A stretch of DNA of 64,000 nucleotides, from NCBI RefSeq assembly GCF_009914755.1, contig NC_060940.1. One strand, 5' to 3'. The notes beneath the pieces are model-generated. The model saw only the letters and a program-made list of their open reading frames with translations. It was not told the origin of the DNA and did not search any database. The DNA is from the human T2T-CHM13v2.0 reference genome, Homo sapiens. Shown here piece after piece: positions 59,201-64,000 of the stretch. Both the position numbers and the translations under genes were made by a program. How positions within the stretch are numbered: position 1 is the first letter of the stretch; every line of letters starts with the position of its first letter.

Positions 59201-62200
59201 TTTGATGATGGTTCCATTCGATGATGATTACATTGGATTCCATTCTATGATTCCATTCAATTCCATTCGTTGATGATTCGATTCCATTCAATGATGATTC
59301 CATTTGAGTTCATTCGATGATTCTATTCGATTCCGTTCGATGGTGATTCAATTCTATTATATTGGATGATTCCACTCGATTCCATTTGATGATTATTCCA
59401 TTGGAGTCCACTTAGTGAATCCTTTAGATTCTACTCGACGATGATTCCATTCGAGTCCATTCGATGATACCATTCAATTCCATTCGTTGATGCTTCCATT
59501 CAAGTGCATTCGATGATATCATTCGATTCCATTTGATGATAATTCCATTTGATTCCGTGCGATGATTCTATTCGATTCCATTCAATGATAATTCCATTCA
59601 ATTCAGTGATTCCTCTGGACTCCATTTGATGATGATTCCATTCAATGATTCCATTCGATTCTATTCGAAAATGATTCCATTTGAATCCATTTGATGATGA
59701 TTCCATTAGATTCCATTTGATGATTCCATTCGATTCCATTCGACGATGATTCCATTCGATTCCGTTTGATGATTCCATTCTATTCTATTCGATGATGATT
59801 CCATTCGATTCCATTCGATGATGATTGGATTCGATTCCTTTTGATGATTTCATTTGATTCCATTCGTTAATGATTTCGATCAATTCCATTCGATGATTCC
59901 ATTCGATTCCATTTGATAATGATTACATCCGAGTCCATTCGATGATTCCCTTTGAGCCTGTTCGATAATTCCATTTGAGTCCAACCAATGATTCCATTCA
60001 TTTCCATTCAATGATTCCATTCGAGTCCATTTGATCATTCCGGTAGGGTCCATTCGATGTTGATTCCATTGGAGTGCATTCGATGATTCCATTCGAGTCC
60101 ATTTTAGGATTTGATTCGAGTCCTTTCGATGATTCCATTCGATTCCACTCGATGATGATTTCATTCGAGTCCATTCGACACTTCCAATCGATTCCATTTG
60201 ATGATTCCATTCGAGTCCAATTGATGATTCCATTCAATTCCATTCGATGATGATTCCGTACGATTCCATTCTGTGATGATTCCATGTGATTGCATTCAAT
60301 GATGATTCCTTTCGATTGCATTCGATTATGATTCATTTCGTGTTCATTCTATGGTTCCACAGGTTTCCATTCGTGTCCATTCCATTATTCCATTCTATTC
60401 CATTTGATGATGATTCCATTCGATTCCATTCATTGGTGATTCCACTCAATTCCATTCAATGATTCCATTCCATTTCTTTCAACAATGATTCCATTAGTTT
60501 CTAATCGATGATCCACTTGATTCCATTTGACGACGATTCCATTCTTGTCCATTCGATGATTCCATTTGATTCCATATGATGATGATTCCATTCGATTCCA
60601 TACCATGATGATTCCATTCGAGTCCATTCAATGGTGATTCCATTCAATTCCATTCGATGATTCCTTTTGATTCCATTCGATGATGATGGCATTCGATTCC
60701 TTTCAATCATTCCCTTTGATTCCATTCAAAGGTGATTTCATTCAAGTCCATTCGATAATTGCATTCGATTCCATTCTATGATGATTCCATTCGAGTCCAT
60801 TTGATGATTCCATTCAATTCAAGTCAATGATGATTCCATTCGATTCCAATCGATGATTCCATTGGATTCCATTCGATGATGATTCCATTCAAATCCATTC
60901 GATAATTCAATTCAAGTCCATTCGATGATGATTCCAATCGAATCCATTCAAAGATTCCATTCAGTTCCATTCGATGATTCCCTTAGATTCCATTCGATGA
61001 TTCCACTTGATTGCATTTACGATGATTCCATTCGATTCCGTGTGATGATTCCATTCAATTCTATTCAATGATGTCTCCATTTGATTCCATTCGACCATGA
61101 TTGCCTTTGATTCCATTCAATGATTCCATTCGGTTCCGTTTGATGATGATTCCGTTCGATTCCATTTGATGATTCCATTTGATTCCATTGGATGAGTCCA
61201 TTCGATTACATTCGATGATTATTCCATTCGAGTGCATTAGATGATTCCATTCGAGTCCATTCGATGATTCCATTCGATTCCATTCGATGTTGATTCTGTT
61301 CAAATCCATTCGATGATTCCACTCGATTCCATTCGTTGACTCCATTTGATCCCATTCGATGATTTCCTTTGATTCCCTTTGATGATCATTCCATTTGATT
61401 CAATTCGGTGATTTCATTTGATTCCATTCAGTGATGTTTCCATTCGACTCCATTCGATGATGATTCCATTCGACTCCATTCGATTATGATTTCATTCAAT
61501 TCCATTCGATAATGATTCCCTTCGAGTCCATTCGATGATTCCATTCGATTCCATTCAACGATGATTTGATTCGTGTCCATTCGATGATTCCATTTGATTC
61601 CACTTGATGATGATTCCATTCGAGTCCATTTGATGATTCCATTCAATTCCATACTCCGATGATTTCTTTTGAGCCCACTCAATGCTTCCACTCGATTCCA
61701 TATGATGATGACTCCATTCGATGAAATTCGATGATGATTCCATTCGCTTGCTTTCGATGATGATTCCACTTGAGTCCGTTAGAAGATTCTATTCAATTAC
61801 ATTCCATGACGATTCCGTTCGAGTCCATTTGATGATTCCATTAGACTCCATTCGACGATGATTCCATTCGATGTTATTCGATGATTCCATTCGATCTCAT
61901 TCGATGATGATTCCATTCAACTCCATTCGATGTTTCCATTCGAGTTCATTCTATTATTCCATTAGATTCCATTCGATGATGATTCCATTCGATTCCATTT
62001 GATGATTGCATTCTATTTCATTTGATGATGATTCCATTCGAGTCCACTCGATGATTCCATTCGAGTCCATTTAATGAATCCATTGGTTTCAATTCTATGA
62101 TGATTACATTGGATTCCATTCGTTGATGATTTCATTCGGTTCCATTCAATGATGATTCCATTCAATTCCTTTCAATGTTTCCATTCAATTCCATACGATG

Positions 62201-64000
62201 ATGATTCCATTTGATTTGATTCGACAGTGAGCCATTCGATTCAATTCCATGACGATTCTATTTGATTCAATTGGTTGACATTTCCATTCGATTCCATTCG
62301 ATGATGATTCCCTTTGATTCCGTTCAAAGATGATTCCATTCTAGCCCATTCAATCATTCCATTCGATTCTATTCAATGATGATTCCATTCATGTCGATTT
62401 GGTGATTCCATTTGACTTCATTTGATGATGATTCCTTTCAAGTTCATTAGATGATTCCATTCGATTCCATTTGATGATGATCCCATTCGAGTCCATTCAG
62501 TGATTCCATTCGTTTCCATTCCATGATGATTCCATTCCTTTCCATTCAATGATTCCATTCGATTCCGTTTGATGATGATTTCATTCGAGTCCATTTGATG
62601 ATTCCATTTGATTCCATTCGATGATGATTCCATTCGAGTCCATTCGATGATTCTATTCGAATCCATTTGATGATTTCTTTTGATTATATTTGGTGATGAT
62701 TCCATTGGAGTCCATTCAATGATTCCATTCTATTCCAATCGATGATGATTCCATTAGAGTCCATTTAATGATTCCATTTGATTCCAGTCTCTGATGATTA
62801 CATTCGAGTCCATACGATGATTCCACTCAATTCCATATGATGATGATTCCATTTGATTCCATTCGGTGATTCCATTCTATTGTATTCAATGGTGATTCCA
62901 TTCGAGTACATTAGATGATTCCATTCGATTCCATTCAATGATGATTCTATTTGTGTCCCTTAGATGATTCCACATGATTCCATTAGATGATGATACTATT
63001 TGAGCCCATCCAATGATTCCCTTCGATTCCATTCGATGAGGATTCCATTCGATTCAATTCATTGGTGATTCTATTCAATTCAATTCTTTGATTCCATTCC
63101 ATTCCATTCGACAATGATTCCATTCGATTTCTTTCGATGATTCCACTCGATTCCACTTGACATTGATTCCATTCGATTCCATTCAATGATTCCATTTGAT
63201 TCCAGTGGATGATGATTGCCATCGATTCCATTCGATCACTCCATTCTATTCCATTTGATGATGATTACATTCGATTCCATTTGATGATTCCATCTGATTC
63301 TATTCGAGGATTCCATTTGATTCCATTCGATGATGATTCCATTCGAGTCCATTCGATGATTTCATTCGAGTACATCCAATGATTCCATTCGAGTCCATTA
63401 GATGATTCCATTTGATTCCATTTGAAAATGATTCTACTAGAGTCCATTCAATGACTCCATTCGAGTCCATTCAACAATTCCATTCGACTCCATTCGATGA
63501 TTCCATTCGATTCCATTTGATGGTTCCATTCGAGTCCATTTAATCATTACAGTCGAGTCCGTTTGGTGATTCCACTGGATTTCTTTTGATAATGATACCA
63601 TTCAATTACATTTGATGATGATCCCATTCAATTTCATTTGATGATGATTCCATTAGAGTCCATTCGATGATTTCATTCGAGTCCCTTCATTGATTCCATC
63701 CGATTTCATTGGATGATGACTCCATTCGAGTCCATTCGATGATTCCACTCGATTCCATTAGATGATTCCATTGGAGTCCATTTGATTGTTCCATTCGATT
63801 CCATTCGATTCCTTTCGAAGATTATTCCATTTGAGTCCATTCGATGATGATTCCATTCCATTCCATTCGATGATTCCGTTTGATTCCATTCGATGATTCC
63901 CTTCGATTCCTTTCTTTGATGATTCCATTCCATTCCATTCAATGATTCCATTCGAATCTATTCCATGATGATTCCTTTCGATTCCATTCGCTGATGTTTC
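47276..64000 (+). repeat. Canonical 6112-bp units: 47276-53387, 53388-59499 and a partial unit 59500-64000
   Basis: Markers repeat at exactly 6112 (50194/56306/62418; 51482/57594/63706) with only scattered substitutions. Confidence 0.95.

Larger units (their letters stand above)
1..64000 (+). repeat. Human Satellite II (HSat2/HSATII) pericentromeric tandem array, probably subfamily HSat2B (6.1-kb-unit array of chr16q11.2)
   Basis: Continuous diverged (ATTCCATTCG)2(ATG)1-2 pattern, e.g. gatgatgattccattcgattccattc and gatgattccattcgagtccattc, from the first to the last base. No strand switch or non-satellite insert seen. The family call is secure. The subfamily and chromosome call rests on my recollection of a ~6.1-kb unit and is less certain (~0.7). 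Confidence 0.98.

Noticed and set aside
516-63951. Numerous 60-164 aa minus-strand ORFs (MESSNGIEWNH-type)
   Set aside because: They are direct translations of the GAATG satellite strand, which is ATG-rich and stop-poor, while the + strand is full of TGA. They overlap in several frames, are low-complexity, open and close with single SNPs and show no recognisable domain.
1-64000. CRISPR-like or other repeat-spacer system suggested by the 23-26 bp periodicity
   Set aside because: There are no unique spacers, leader or cas genes; everything between repeats is the same degenerate satellite.
1-64000. HSat3 (GGAAT)n or alpha-satellite identity
   Set aside because: Pure CATTC runs are short and the ATG-triplet 23/26-bp structure is diagnostic of HSat2. 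There is no 171-bp alphoid monomer or CENP-B box, and the 170-bp indel is a sum of HSat2 monomers.
1-64000. Inversions or embedded Alu/L1/ERV insertions
   Set aside because: No extended GAATG-strand tract, poly(A) tail or non-satellite sequence was seen on reading through. The 1830-bp block is itself same-strand satellite.

Overview
The whole 64 kb is one uninterrupted, single-orientation array of human-type Satellite II (HSat2/HSATII). It is built from diverged ATTCCATTCG units with 1-2 ATG triplets, giving 10/13/16-bp blocks and 23/26-bp monomers, with CATTC on the + strand. I see no genes, RNA genes, transposons or CRISPR arrays, and all listed ORFs are satellite artefacts. The ORF copies are still useful as position markers. 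The anchor tcaagtgcattcgatgatatc recurs at 1047, 8065, 12194, 19346, 24888, 31000, 34226, 38576, 42926, 47276, 53388 and 59500, giving unit lengths of 7018, 4129, 7152, 5542, 6112, 3226, 4350, 4350, 4350, 6112 and 6112 bp. The canonical unit is 6112 bp, which from memory fits the ~6.1-kb HSat2B array of human chr16q11.2 (not verifiable here). The left ~20 kb is a more diverged domain with an ~11.15-11.33 kb super-repeat, an internal duplication and a 1830-bp satellite block that does not belong to the canonical unit. The right part is near-identical 6112-bp units interrupted by a 3226-bp deletion variant and a locally amplified 4350-bp variant (3 copies). I did not find a new gene-level system. 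What deserves follow-up is the base-resolved record of satellite structural evolution. All comparisons were made by eye and by arithmetic on marker coordinates.
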